The notes beneath the pieces were generated by a model. That model was given only the letters and a program-made list of their open reading frames with translations. It did no database searches and was not told the origin of the DNA. The position numbers were made by a program, and so were the translations under genes. Shown here in pieces: positions 41,377 through 52,700 of a DNA stretch of 64,000 nt (its first letter is position 1; each line of letters starts with the position of its first letter). This DNA is from an uncultured cyanobacterium (GTDB taxonomy: Bacteria; Cyanobacteriota; Cyanobacteriia; Phormidesmidales; Phormidesmidaceae): NCBI GenBank assembly GCA_963793265.1, contig CAWBZI010000001.1, positions 448,001 to 512,000 on the forward strand. The letters are read 5' to 3'.

Positions 41377-41970
41377 AGCAATGAGGCGCAACAGACTCGC
41401 GATTTAGAAGGTGACTTCACGATAGACACCTATCCCGAGTGCGTCGCGGTCAGAAAATGGCTACGACAGAACGACCGAATCGATGCCTACTTTGCGCTGC
41501 ACTCATCCGCTCTGATAGCGCCAGGCTTGTTCTTCTACGTAGGAAGTGGTTCTGAACCAGATCGTACTGACCAGTTGACTCATCTGCTTACTACCGCAGT
41601 TCCTGATTTTATTCCACTCCTATCCAGCGATCCGGCTGGCGTTGCCTCAGCGGTTTTATCTCCAGGACTTTTCGAGATACCACTTTCAAATCCTGAAGAG
41701 CTGAACCTGGTGAAGTCTAGCAACTCTCTCACATTTATCAGTCGACACTTTCAGCCTCAGTTCGTTGGTGTTTCAGAGATGCCACTAGCTGTCTGTCCTG
41801 CGCTCCAAGATGCGCCGCTATCTGAGATTGACCTGTACAATTGCAAATTTAGACAAACAGGCCAGATCGAACACTCAATTAGAGAGACTGAGCTAGGCTT
41901 ACAGCTTTCTATAATGAAAACTTTCGCTGAGGCCGTCGCACAGTTTGTTTCGCTGAACGCAACGACTTAG
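41377..41970 (+). pseudogene. 5'-truncated gene remnant, possibly M14 Zn-peptidase-like, next to ISAzo13
   Basis: Open frame from the IS end with no start codon: SNEAQQTRDLEGDF...PECVAVRKWL..RIDAYFALHSS..PGLFFYV...VSEMPL. Confidence 0.4.
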
Positions 41971-42117
41971 TTCTTCTTTCGATGTCTCGTTATCTAGAGG
42001 TATGAGAACAAATAGATAGATTGAAGTGATACGCAAATAGTCCTTTAGTGCAACGACACTCTCGCTGAACCTTTAATGACAAATACTATGCCAGAGCCAC
42101 ATTTAGGTATTATTTTG

Positions 42118-42588
42118 CTAGGCCGCTTCAAGATGCAGCGGAACAGAATAGTCTCGGCGCTGACCGTTCTTGTCAGTCAGCAAGGAAGGCAATTCTGTCT
42201 TTTCATCGTAGTTAACGTACCAGACCCAGTTGAACCGGCGCTCGCCAGGAATCAAAGACTCATTTTCACCTGGGATAACGTATTGCAAAATATGAGAGTT
42301 TGGAAACTCATAGAACACAAAGCGTTCGGTGAAAATCTCAGCAGTCTCTGCATCTAAATCTGATTCATCGACCAGTTCTCGATAGCCCACGTAGCCTGCA
42401 TACTGAGGTTCATAAGTGGGCAGTAGCTGTTGCCGAACAGAAGACGTGATGCCGTCTGCACCAATCAGCATGTCACCGACTTCTTGCGAACCATCGGTGA
42501 AAGTCACGGTGACTTTCTCATCATCTTGAACAAGGCTCTTGAACGTTTTTCCCTGGTGGATGATAATGGCGCGATTCTTCTTTTCCAT
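42118..42588 (-). pseudogene. Internal fragment of an FAD-dependent monooxygenase
   Basis: 'MLIGADGITSSVRQQL', 'YAGYVGYRELV', 'RRFNWVWY'; the N-terminal GxGxxG and C-terminal GD motifs are missing. Confidence 0.75.
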
Positions 42589-42643
42589 AGCCCGTTTTCT
42601 CCATCAATGCTTAGAACAACAATCAAACGCAATCTGAATAACG

Positions 42644-42967
42644 TTAGCGACTAGCCACTTTCCTCTTGTCAGCCGCTTTCTGAAAGGCAGATACTAAAGC
42701 GCTGACTGACTGTGCTCCAGGAATAGTTTGGACACCAATCTGAAGTGCAGGAACGCCGTGAATGCCTTTCAAACTTACTTGCTTCTCCATCGCTCGAACC
42801 GCTTCAATCCCTTCGGTAGAGTGCAAAAAAGACTTAGCATTTTCTACTGTCTCTACACCTACCTCAGCAGCCAGTACTGCTAGCGTATCAGCATCGCTGA
42901 TATTCTGACCTTCGCTGAAGTAAGCGCGCAAAATTCGCTCTGCCATCTCAGTTGCGAGGCCCTGCAG
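42644..42967 (-). pseudogene. C-terminal fragment of a DsbA/FrnE-like oxidoreductase
   Basis: 'AERILRAYFSEGQNISD..TL..LAAEVG', 'GIHGVP', 'GAQS'; the CxxC N-terminus is missing. Confidence 0.7.
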
Positions 42968-43260
42968 CTACTGACGCGCTCGAATAGAAAACTGACGCTC
43001 ACTGAAGCAGGCGATCGCTTCTATACCGAAGCGCAACATGTTTTAGAAGCGATCTCGCAAGCTGAAGCCAGCGTTGGCCGTCGTCAAAAGCCTTCAGGCA
43101 TACTCAGAATCAACTGCCCCGTTTCATTCGGGCAGCTTCAGGTGGTGCCCAGGCTCAAAGATTTTCTAGATCGCTACCCTGATATTCAAATCAAGCTCAG
43201 CATGAACGATCGGTTTGTAGACTTAGTAGAAACAGGTTTTGCGCTGATGAGAATACCCCT
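42962..43260 (+). pseudogene. Internal fragment of a LysR regulator
   Basis: LQLLTRSNRKLTLTEAGDRFY...PSGILRINCPVSFG...FLDRYPDIQIKLSMNDRFVDLVETG; no HTH start and no C-terminus. Confidence 0.8.
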
Positions 43261-43265
43261 GGACA

Positions 43266-43388
<123 letters not shown>

Positions 43389-43399
43389 CAAACTAGCCT

Positions 43400-43445
43400 A
43401 TTGCCCCCAACTGCAATTCTTGAGCAGTTGGGGGCAATTTTTGTT
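43400..43445 (+). terminator. Intrinsic terminator
   Basis: ATTGCCCCCAACTGC-loop-GCAGTTGGGGGCAAT followed by a T-run. Confidence 0.8.
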
Positions 43446-43486
43446 GTTCTTTTTGCGATCTAACAACAGCCGTTATGAGACTTTTG

Positions 43487-44191
43487 CTAAGCCGATAGAT
43501 CGAAGAGTAGAACTTCTGCGCTATCGGTGGTGGCTGTGATGTCTAGTTCAGGAAGCTGCGCGATCGCAACCCCATCCCCAGCCGTCAAAGCCTCACCATT
43601 TACTAGCACAGACCCGCGAGTCACCTGAAGCCAGGCTTTCCGCTGCGACGCCAGCTCATACGTTAGCTTTGCACCAGCGTTCAAAGTCGAAGTATACAGG
43701 CTCATGTCTTGATGAATCGTCACCGAGCCATCGCGGCCATCGCGAGAGCCAATCAGCCGCCACTGATCTTGCCGCTCAGCCGCTTCAAAGTGCTTTTGCT
43801 CATAGCCGGGCGCAATGCCTTTGGTGTCAGGCAGCAGCCAGATTTGCAAGAAATGAACTGGGTTGTCTGCCGAAGCGTTCATTTCGCTATGCATAACGCC
43901 TGTGCCTGCGCTCATGCGCTGTAGGTCGCCGGGGCGGATGACTGAGCCGGTGCCCATGCTGTCTTTGTGCGCTAGCTCTCCTTCTAATACGTAGGAAAGA
44001 ATTTCCATATCTCGGTGGCCGTGCGTACCAAAACCCGCGCCGGGCGCAACGCGATCTTCATTGATGACACGCAAATCGCTGAAGCCCATATGGCCGGAGT
44101 CCATGTATCCACCAAAGGAAAAGGTGTGCTTAGAATCTAGCCAGCCAAACTGCGAAGCGCCTCTGTCGTTAGCCTTGCGAACTGTGAGCAT
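43487..44191 (-). CDS. Pirin family protein (YhhW-like)
   Basis: 'WLDSKHTFSF', 'LRVINEDRV.PG.GFGTHGHRDMEI', 'MSAGTG..HSE', 'FLQIW'. Confidence 0.93.
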   Translation of the reverse strand: MLTVRKANDRGASQFGWLDSKHTFSFGGYMDSGHMGFSDLRVINEDRVAPGAGFGTHGHRDMEILSYVLEGELAHKDSMGTGSVIRPGDLQRMSAGTGVMHSEMNASADNPVHFLQIWLLPDTKGIAPGYEQKHFEAAERQDQWRLIGSRDGRDGSVTIHQDMSLYTSTLNAGAKLTYELASQRKAWLQVTRGSVLVNGEALTAGDGVAIAQLPELDITATTDSAEVLLFDLSA

Positions 44192-44334
44192 GTTGAGTCT
44201 CCTTGCCCTGCAATCGGGTGTGACATTTAACTGTTTCTATTATGGATTGAATTAAATTAAAAGACAATAGTCTATTTAATACGCAGATTGTATCTATTTA
44301 GAATACAATCAAAGCAGCTAAGCTAGGCACCTTT

Positions 44335-45244
44335 ATGGATAAGTTGGAAAGTATGCGAGCGTTTGCGGCTGTGGTGGATCACAGTGGATTTGCGGCGGCA
44401 GGAAGGCAGTTGGGGCTATCGCGGTCGGTGGTGAATAAGCTGGTGGCGCAGCTTGAGGGCAATTTGGATGTGCAGCTATTGCAGCGGACAACCCGGCGAG
44501 TGAGTCCGACTGATACGGGGCGGGCCTATTATGAGCGCTGTGTGGATATTTTGGCCGAGGTAGCGGCGGCTGAAGAGGCGGTGACGCAGCTTCAGAGTGA
44601 GCCGAAAGGGGCGCTGCGAATTAATGCGCCGATGTCGTTTGGCACAATGCATTTGGCAGAGGCGATCGCACAGTTCATGCAGCGCTACCCAGACATTCAG
44701 GTACAGCTCACGCTCAACGATCGCTTTATCGATTTAATCGAAGAAGGCTTTGATGTGACCCTACGAATTGCTCAGATGAGTGCAGATGAGGCTTTGGTCA
44801 CGCAGGCGATCGCACCCATCCGCAGAGTAGTCTGCGCCTCACCGAGCTATCTCGAAAAGCGAGGAACGCCCGCTCATCCCAAGCGATTTGTCAGCGCATG
44901 ACTGTTTGGAGTATGGGCATTTAGCAACGAGCAGTAAGTGGCGGCTTACAGGCGAAGACGGCAAGCTTTTGAGCGTGAAGCTGCGCTGTAAGGGCTATTC
45001 AAATAATGGAGAAGTGCTGAGGGAAGAGGCGATCGCAGGTGTCGGCATTGCGCTTTTACCCACCTTCATCGTCGGCGAAGCCATACAATCAGGTCGGCTC
45101 AAAATCATCTTGGACAACTACAGCCCACCACCGCTAACGGCCTACTTGAGCTATGCCACGAACCGCCACCTTTCTACCAAAATCCAGCTACTATCCGCCT
45201 TCTTGCAAGACTGGTTTGCTGTTCCCGTTTGGGAAACCAACTAG
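44335..45244 (+). pseudogene. LysR family regulator with a single frameshift near 44881
   Basis: HTH N-half (44335-44901) and C-half (44888-45244) in different frames; removing one A from CCCAAGCGAT restores [11 protein letters not shown]. Confidence 0.8.
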
Positions 45245-45282
45245 CTCAATTATGCTATACGGTTTTACGTAGGTCTGTTGCA

Positions 45283-45702
45283 TCAGGTAGATACTGAGAC
45301 AGAGGAGGCGTTTGATTGCTTTTCTTTAGCCTTTGCGAGCTTTTCAGAAACCGCTGCGACTTCTTCTAACCGAGCCGCCTCTTCGGCTTCATCTGCAAGC
45401 TGCTCGTCGCCCGTATCAGAAGGTGATGATTTGGGCGCTTTAGGTGCAGGCGTCTTGGGTGCTTTCGAGCTTTCGACTGCTCGGCTAACGGGCGCTACGG
45501 CTGTAACTGTCAGGTCTTCGGTTTCGCTGATGCTTTGGGTTTGGGCCTCTAGCTGGGCATTTGCTTGAGCGATCGCTGCCTCATCTTCTTGAATGCGCCT
45601 GGCCACAAATGAAACAAACGCTACGCTGGTGAAGCCTGCGCTGAAGAGCATCCAGCCCTCAATAACGTAGGTCATTAGGTGGTTGAGTTCATGGACAGAC
45701 AT
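45283..45702 (-). CDS. Hypothetical protein (N-terminal TM, low-complexity tail)
   Basis: ATG with GAGG upstream; one TM helix then an A/E/S/P-rich region. Confidence 0.65.
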   Translation of the reverse strand: MSVHELNHLMTYVIEGWMLFSAGFTSVAFVSFVARRIQEDEAAIAQANAQLEAQTQSISETEDLTVTAVAPVSRAVESSKAPKTPAPKAPKSSPSDTGDEQLADEAEEAARLEEVAAVSEKLAKAKEKQSNASSVSVST

Positions 45703-45863
45703 AGGTTAAAACCTCACCGAACTTAGCGCGCTAGATCACTATTATGCTAGCTGGGCTGAAAAGATTCAATCGCGGCCAGAATTGGCGGCGGATTGCTGAG
45801 GGGCTGAGGTGTTGCGATCGCCTGCACTTGAAAGTCGTAGTATGTAGAGAGTGAATTAAGTTA

Positions 45864-46547
45864 TTGAATACGGCTATGGTTTCTAGTGCTTCTCGGATTG
45901 CTGAAAATGGACTGTCTGCAAATGGGACATCTGCAAATGGGATGGCTGTGAAAAGCAGCGATCGCACCGCTTCAGTAAGCCGCACCACCAAAGAAACCGA
46001 TGTACAGGTAACGCTGAACGTAGACGGCACCGGCAAGTGCACTGCCGATACAGGCATTCCCTTTTTAGATCACATGCTGCATCAAATTGCCTCTCACGGT
46101 CTGTTTGATCTTGAGGTGAGAGCAACCGGGGATATTGAAATTGACGATCATCACACCAATGAAGATGTGGGCATTACCTTGGGAATGGCATTGCATCAGG
46201 CATTGGGCGATCGCAAAGGCATTACCCGATTCGGTCACTTTGTTGCCCCTTTAGACGAAGCGCTGGTGCAAATATCGCTTGATTTTTCAGGTCGCCCGCA
46301 TCTCAGCTACGGCCTAGAGATTCCAACTCAGCGCGTAGGCACCTACGACACGCAGCTCGTCCGCGAATTTTTTGTGGCAATCATTAACCACGCCCAAATG
46401 ACGCTACACGTTCGTCAGCTAGACGGCATTAACTCGCACCACATCATCGAAGCGACCTTTAAGGCGTTTGCGCGAGCAATGCGAATGGCCACAGAAGCTG
46501 ACCCCCGTAGAGCGGGAACCATTCCTAGCTCTAAAGGTGTCCTTTAG
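45864..46547 (+). CDS. hisB: Imidazoleglycerol-phosphate dehydratase
   Basis: 'RTTKETD', '[10 protein letters not shown]', 'IDDHHTNED', '[15 protein letters not shown]', 'PSSKGVL'. Confidence 0.97.
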   Translation: MNTAMVSSASRIAENGLSANGTSANGMAVKSSDRTASVSRTTKETDVQVTLNVDGTGKCTADTGIPFLDHMLHQIASHGLFDLEVRATGDIEIDDHHTNEDVGITLGMALHQALGDRKGITRFGHFVAPLDEALVQISLDFSGRPHLSYGLEIPTQRVGTYDTQLVREFFVAIINHAQMTLHVRQLDGINSHHIIEATFKAFARAMRMATEADPRRAGTIPSSKGVL

Positions 46548-46635
46548 CGTTAAGAAGACTTAAGACAGAGAGCGTGCTGCCTGTGGCGTGGCAAAGGAGC
46601 GCTGCGCAGGTGCTTTGGAAGAGTTGTTGGTAGTT

Positions 46636-47106
46636 CTAGGGGCGATCGGCCAATCGGTAGTTCCGCACAAAAATCTCAATTTGATTCAGCGCTTGGGCCA
46701 CAGACTTTTCAGCCGCAACGGGGCGAATTTGCTTAGCTCGCATTTCAGTCGTTGGAAGCTGAAACCACCAGGACTGAGGCGACTGTGAGTGCCGCTCATG
46801 CATTGCCGTCAGCAGCGCAGCCGGGCTTTCATCGGCTACATCAGCACTATTATTTTGAGTAGTGCCCAGCGGGCTGACCTTGATTTGAACGCTGGGCTGA
46901 TCGCAAGGCGTAATAAAAATGGCGTAGTCAGACTCAGCAACAGCATTGAATGCTGAAGGCTGATCGACTGAGGGCTGTTCGTAGATGAGCGATCGCACAC
47001 CCGGTAGCTGCCACTCAGAAACAGCTCTAGAAATCTGCTGAGTAACTTCGTTTTCTTGGCAGCAAACAATCCAGAACTTTGTTTTAGTCGCAGCAGAGGT
47101 TGACAT
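46636..47106 (-). CDS. Degenerate HoxW-like (hydrogenase maturation protease fold) protein
   Basis: 'VSEWQLPGVRSL', 'VAESDYAIF', 'SPAALL...HSQSPQSWW', 'AQALNQI' resemble cyanobacterial HoxW, but the GN..DDG motif is absent. Confidence 0.5.
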   Translation of the reverse strand: MSTSAATKTKFWIVCCQENEVTQQISRAVSEWQLPGVRSLIYEQPSVDQPSAFNAVAESDYAIFITPCDQPSVQIKVSPLGTTQNNSADVADESPAALLTAMHERHSQSPQSWWFQLPTTEMRAKQIRPVAAEKSVAQALNQIEIFVRNYRLADRP

Positions 47107-47444
47107 AGCGTTTAGTAGTGAACAATTTTTTGGTGGAACAGAGCAGTTTCGTTGAGCATGCCGTGTTTTTAATACTGACAGGGATTATGAAAGCCAAACG
47201 CTAAGATTATTTAAAGCGATTTGATTCCCAGTAATAGGTCTATGAGGACAGTTTATAGCCTCCTGAAAGCCTTTCTGTGAGCGGCTTATCTCAATTAATA
47301 TGACCTTCTTAAGGTTCCCTGCTTTTCGGGAACGATTCACCCTTTTTGATGAAATATTATTTGATGATTTGTTAAGCAAAAGACTGTTGTATTTCTGCCC
47401 TTTTATCTTCTTTTCGTAACATTTCTCCAAGGCTTCCTGACGCT

Positions 47445-48005
47445 ATGACTTCACATCCGAAAGTGCTGACAGCCCAATTTTTGCAAGCGCTGACGTTTGC
47501 CGCTGACAAACACCGCAATCAACGTCGTAAGGGCGCTGATCAAACGCCTTATATCAATCACCCTATTACGGTGGCCAATATTTTGATTAATGAAGCGGAC
47601 ATTACAGACGAGTGCGTTTTGATAGCGGCTTTGCTGCACGATACAGTTGAAGATACCGACACTACGTTTGAAGAAATTGAGCAGCGCTTTGGTAAAACTG
47701 TCCGCGATATTGTGAGTGAGGTGACTGATGATAAGTCTTTGCCAAGCCCGATTCGCAAGCAGCAGCAGATTGATCATGCCGGTGGATTGAGCGATCGCGC
47801 TAAGCTCCTCAAGCTCGCTGATAAAACGGCTAATCTTCGCGATATGGCCACTGTTCCGCCCGCAGACTGGTCAGCAAAGCGAATAGATGATTATTTGGAA
47901 TGGGGTAAGACCGTGATCGATCAGCTTCGCGGCAGACATGCTCAGCTAGAGGCTTTGTTCGATCAGGCGTACGAGGCGGGGAAAGCGACCGCGAACAAGG
48001 CTTAA
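47445..48005 (+). CDS. HD-domain small alarmone hydrolase (Mesh1/SpoT-hydrolase-like)
   Basis: 'FAADKHRNQRRK', 'PYINHP', 'AALLHDTVEDT', 'EVTDDKSL', 'KLADKTANLRD'. Confidence 0.88.
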   Translation: MTSHPKVLTAQFLQALTFAADKHRNQRRKGADQTPYINHPITVANILINEADITDECVLIAALLHDTVEDTDTTFEEIEQRFGKTVRDIVSEVTDDKSLPSPIRKQQQIDHAGGLSDRAKLLKLADKTANLRDMATVPPADWSAKRIDDYLEWGKTVIDQLRGRHAQLEALFDQAYEAGKATANKA

Positions 48006-48058
48006 GTTCAAGCAATACTAACGGGCGACATAATTTTCATTTCTGGTTTGGATAGAGC

Positions 48059-49744
48059 ATGGCGGCGATTAAAAAAATTCTATTTTTAGCGGCCAATCCT
48101 CGATCGACGAGTCGGTTGAGCTTGGATGAAGAGGCTAAGAATATACGCCAAGGGCTAGAGCGGGCGAGACGGCGAGAAAGTTTTGAGATTATTACGCGCT
48201 GGGCAATAGATGCAGAAGAGTTGAGGCGATCGCTCTTAGATGTAGAGCCGCATATCGTCCACTTTTCGGGGCATGGCTTTGGCGCAGACGGGCTAGCGCT
48301 GCATACGACTGATGGCAAGGCAAAGCTGGCGAGCAGTGAGGCACTGGCAAATTTGTTTGCTCTGTTTGCCGGGCAAATAGAGTGTGTGCTGCTAAACGCC
48401 TGCTACTCAGAGACGCAGGCAGCAGCCATTCATCGGCATGTGGACTATGTAATCGGGATGAATAATGCGGTGGGCGATCGCGCTGCAATCAATTTTGCAG
48501 TCGGCTTTTACGATGCGCTCGGAGCAGGCAAGTCTTACGATATTGCCTATAAGTTTGGCTGTAGTGCTATTGATTTTGAAGATATCGTACAGAGCATTAC
48601 GCCTGTATTGATGGCGAGATCTGCGAAAGTGGTCGAGCGAGAAACCCAGAAGAATATGCCGGTAGATCCGATTAAGGATAAGCCAGCGTGGCGTTCGAGC
48701 ACTGACCAGAGTGCTGAACCAACAGGCGTGATCTTAGAGAATCCAGAGGGGCAGGTGCCTTTAACGTCTCCTTTTTACGTGAGGCGATCGCCCATCGAAA
48801 CCGACTGCTACGCCGAAATAGAGCAGCCCGGCGCGCTGATCAGAATTAAAGCGGCCCGGCAGATGGGCAAATCTTCTTTGATGACCCGAATTTTAGATCA
48901 CGGTAAAAAGCAGGGCTATCGCGCCGTTCCGATTTACTTTCAGGAGGCAGACGGCGAGATTTTTAGTGACTTAGAGCAGTTTCTTCGCTGGTTTTGCGCG
49001 GTAATTGCCGAAGAACTTAGTTTAGATATCCCGATGGATGCTATCTGGAAATCTAGTGCGCTCGGGAACAAGCGAAAGTGCACTAACTTTTTTCAAAAAC
49101 ACGTGCTGCCTCAAATCAAAGAGCCTCTAATCTTGGGGCTAGACGAGGTGGATTTGGTGTTTCAGCATCTCAAAATTGCTCAAGACTTTTTTGCTTTGCT
49201 GCGCGCCTGGCACGAGCGGGGTAAAAATCAGGTGACCTGGCAAGGCTTGCGGCTCGTAATTGTCCACTCTAGAGAAGTTTATATTCCGCTAGATATGCAC
49301 CAGTCGCCCTTTAATGTAGGGATGCCGGTAGAGCTGTCTGAGTTCAGTATTTCTCAAGTTGACGATCTCGCTAAGCGTCATGGCCTAATGCTGAGCGACT
49401 CAGAAATTTATAGCCTGACTGATATGGTGGGCGGCCATCCTTATTTAGTGCGGGTGGCGCTAAGAGAATTGGCGAGAGGTCGGCTGACGCTGCCTCAGTT
49501 TTTGCGCGTGGCTCCCACTGAAGAAGGGCCTTATGACGATCATTTGCGCAGGCACCTGGCAAATTTGCATTCGGACGAAAAGCTGGTGAGTGCGATTGAA
49601 GAAATGATTAATAGCGATCGCCCGGTCGTCATTGCAACCGATGAAGTTTTTCAGCTAGACAGCATGGGCCTGGTGCAGCGTCAGGGCAATGCAGCAGCGC
49701 CGCTGTGTGATTTATATAAACAGTACTTTAGGGAGCGGCTATAA
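48059..49744 (+). CDS. CHAT (caspase-like) domain plus AAA_35 ATPase protein
   Basis: 'KILFLAANP', 'IVHFSGHG', 'LLNACYS'; Walker A 'AARQMGKSS', Walker B 'LGLDEVD', 'SPFNVG', 'GGHPYL'. Confidence 0.88.
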   Translation: MAAIKKILFLAANPRSTSRLSLDEEAKNIRQGLERARRRESFEIITRWAIDAEELRRSLLDVEPHIVHFSGHGFGADGLALHTTDGKAKLASSEALANLFALFAGQIECVLLNACYSETQAAAIHRHVDYVIGMNNAVGDRAAINFAVGFYDALGAGKSYDIAYKFGCSAIDFEDIVQSITPVLMARSAKVVERETQKNMPVDPIKDKPAWRSSTDQSAEPTGVILENPEGQVPLTSPFYVRRSPIETDCYAEIEQPGALIRIKAARQMGKSSLMTRILDHGKKQGYRAVPIYFQEADGEIFSDLEQFLRWFCAVIAEELSLDIPMDAIWKSSALGNKRKCTNFFQKHVLPQIKEPLILGLDEVDLVFQHLKIAQDFFALLRAWHERGKNQVTWQGLRLVIVHSREVYIPLDMHQSPFNVGMPVELSEFSISQVDDLAKRHGLMLSDSEIYSLTDMVGGHPYLVRVALRELARGRLTLPQFLRVAPTEEGPYDDHLRRHLANLHSDEKLVSAIEEMINSDRPVVIATDEVFQLDSMGLVQRQGNAAAPLCDLYKQYFRERL

Positions 49745-49748
49745 GACA

Positions 49749-52700
49749 ATGAATGCTGGATACCACGCTTCTCCTTACCAAATTGGCGGCTCGCTTCAGC
49801 TCAATGCGCCTACTTACGTCACTCGTCAGGCCGATAGTGAGCTTTATGAAGGGCTGAGCGCAGGCGAGTTTTGCTATGTGCTCAACTGTCGGCAAATGGG
49901 TAAGTCGAGCTTGCGGGTGCGGGCGATGGCGCGGTTGCAGGCAGAGGGGACGGCCTGCGTCGCGATTCAGATGACGGACATTATTGATGAGGAAACGACG
50001 CCTGAGCAGTTTTATGCGGGCGTAATCGATAGCATTACGACCGATTTGAATTTGGACTTCGATAATTTGGACTGGTGGGAAGCTAACGGCCATTTGTCTC
50101 TAGTTAAGCGATTTAGCAAGTTTGTTGAAACGGTTTTGCTTCGGCGAATTGCAAGTGACGTCGTTATTTTTATCGATGAAGTGGATCGCGTGCTTAGCCT
50201 TCCTTTTAAGGTGAATGGCTTTTTTGCGGCGATTCGCGAGTGCTACAACAAACGCGCCGACAGTTCGATTTATCGTAGGCTCACCTTTGCCTTACTCGGG
50301 GTGGCGACGCCTTCAGATTTGATCTCAGACAAACGCAGTACGCCTTTTAACGTAGGTAGAGCCGTTGAGCTGACGGGGTTTACCTTAGCAGAGGCGCGAC
50401 CTTTAGCAGATGGGTTGGGCGTTGATGACCAGGAAAAAGCACTAGCAGCTATTTTGAAGTGGACGGGCGGCCAGCCGTTTTTGACTCAAAAAATCTGTCG
50501 ACTGGTGGCGGCAGCTCATGCGCCTCAGGGGCAGTCGGTGGCGGATTGGGTGGACGGGCTGATTCAGCAGAATGTGGTGCAAAACTGGCAGTCGAATGAT
50601 GAGCCGGAGCATTTGCGGACGATTCGCGATCGCCTCCTCTCTGACGAACAAAAATCAGCCCGGCTGCTCGGGCTCTATCAACAGATCTTAGCGAGAGGCG
50701 GCTTAGCCGTAGAAAATGCGAATGCCGATCATATTGACCTGCGGCTTTCTGGATTAGTCGTCGAAAGGCAGGGGCAGCTTCGCATTTACAACCTGATTTA
50801 TGCAGCTATTTTTAATGCGACATGGGTAGGACAGCAGCTTGCGGAGTTACGGCCTTACTCGGTGGCGATCGCTGCCTGGCTAGCGTCTAATCGGTTAGAC
50901 AAATCCTGGCTGCTAGAAGGGCGAGACCTGCGCGAAGCGAAGCAATGGTCAGCCGATAAAGTGCTGCCGCCAGAGGACTATGCTTTTTTAGCGGCGAGTC
51001 AGGAGCTGGCGACCGAAGCGGTGGAAGAAGCCCGGCAAACGCTGGCGCAGGCAAATCGAACGCTGGCCGATGCGAATGTAGAATCCACGGCTAGAATCAG
51101 CAGCGCTAACAAACGCCTGCGGATCGGCTCGGGCATTTTGATGGGAACGATCGCGCTGTTTGCCTTTACGGGCGTGTATGCGAGTCAGCGGATTGGTACG
51201 GCTCAAAGTGAGAGCGAGCAGGCGCAGCAAGATAGTTTGGCAGCCGCCGATCAGATACAGCAGGCCGAGGCCGACCTAGAAGCAGCGAGCATAGTGCAGG
51301 CAGCGTTGGAAGAAAAAACAGAAAAAACAGAGCTAGAGGTGGCGCAGGCTGAGGAGAAAAGTGAAAAGATTGAAGCTGAGTCCCAGCAAAAAATTGGCGA
51401 AGCTGAGCAGAAGGTCGAGGTGGCCCAACGGCGAATAGAACAGGCGGCGGTGCAGGCGGAGCATGCGCGGGCGGCTACAGAACAGGCTGAAGCGGAACAG
51501 GCGATTGCACAAGTTAAAGCGACTGAGGCTGAGGAGAACGCCGTTGCTGCGCAAGCTCAGGTCGCCGCGGCGCAAACCCAAGTAGAAATCGCTCAGCAGG
51601 CAGAAGCCGACATTCGCCAGCAGCAACAAACTATTCGAGCAGGCATTGATTTAGAGCGTCGTAGCGCGGCTTTGTTAAGAAGACCGCCCGTTCAACAGGC
51701 CGGATTAGGCTTTTTGCTAGACGCAATAACAGTCGCACGTGAAGCAGAACAGCTATTAGCCTCATCGAACCAGGACGATGCAACAGATTTTACAAGAGAA
51801 CATCCTGCGGCCAGTTTGGCTTTAAGAACAGCGGTTAACAGCGTTTTAGAGAAAGCAGAGGTTAAGGGAGATCGTCCCGTTTTTAGCCCTGATGGTAATC
51901 GAATAGCGACTTCTAATACCTTTGAAAATCAAACATTCCTATACGACCTTTCGGGACAGCTCATACGCGCCTACGACGGAACAAACCCTCTCTTCAGTGG
52001 AGACAATCAGCAGCTACTTACCTCATCGACAGGCTCTGATATTATCTATCTGTATGATATTTCTGGCGCGCTCCGTCTGCGCTTAGACGGAAAATCTGCG
52101 TCATTTAGCCAGAACTCTCAGAAAATACTGTACGCGCAGGGAGCTGTCGCCACTTCTGTTCTTTATGATATTGCTAGCGATCGCACCGTCTCTTTCAACG
52201 GATATTCTCCCCAATTTGCACAAGGCGATCAGCGCATCGTCACCACCTCCTTTATCGATGAAAAGGTTTATGTGTATGACTTATCAGGAGAGCTTTTGCG
52301 CACCTTTGAGGGGACTTTCCCAAGGCTGAGTGAAGACGGCCAAAGGCTAGCGCTTTCATCGGGCGATCGATCTCTTTTATACGATCTTTCTGGGCGACAA
52401 ATTGCTGAGATGGAAGGAATTTCTCCTAACATTAGTAAAGACGGTCAGCGCGTAGCCACTTCAAAGCTTCCAGACGCTTACTTTTACGACGCCGCTGGAA
52501 ATCTCTTATCGTTTTTAGAAGGCAGTAGCGCCCCCGTTTTTAGTGAAGATAGTCAACATTTCGCGACTAGCTTGAGTAACCGTTTCGCCATTAACCTATA
52601 TGACTTTTCAGGTCAGCTTCTTTCTTCTCTTGAGGGCAAAACGCCTTTGTTTAATCGTGGTGGCAATCTGATAGCGGTCTCTGCAGCCGGATACAGAGAA

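Noticed and set aside
45915..45942. 15-bp tandem duplication in the hisB 5' extension (SANG x2)
   Set aside because: It is a short in-frame duplication in a non-conserved leader and is probably neutral.
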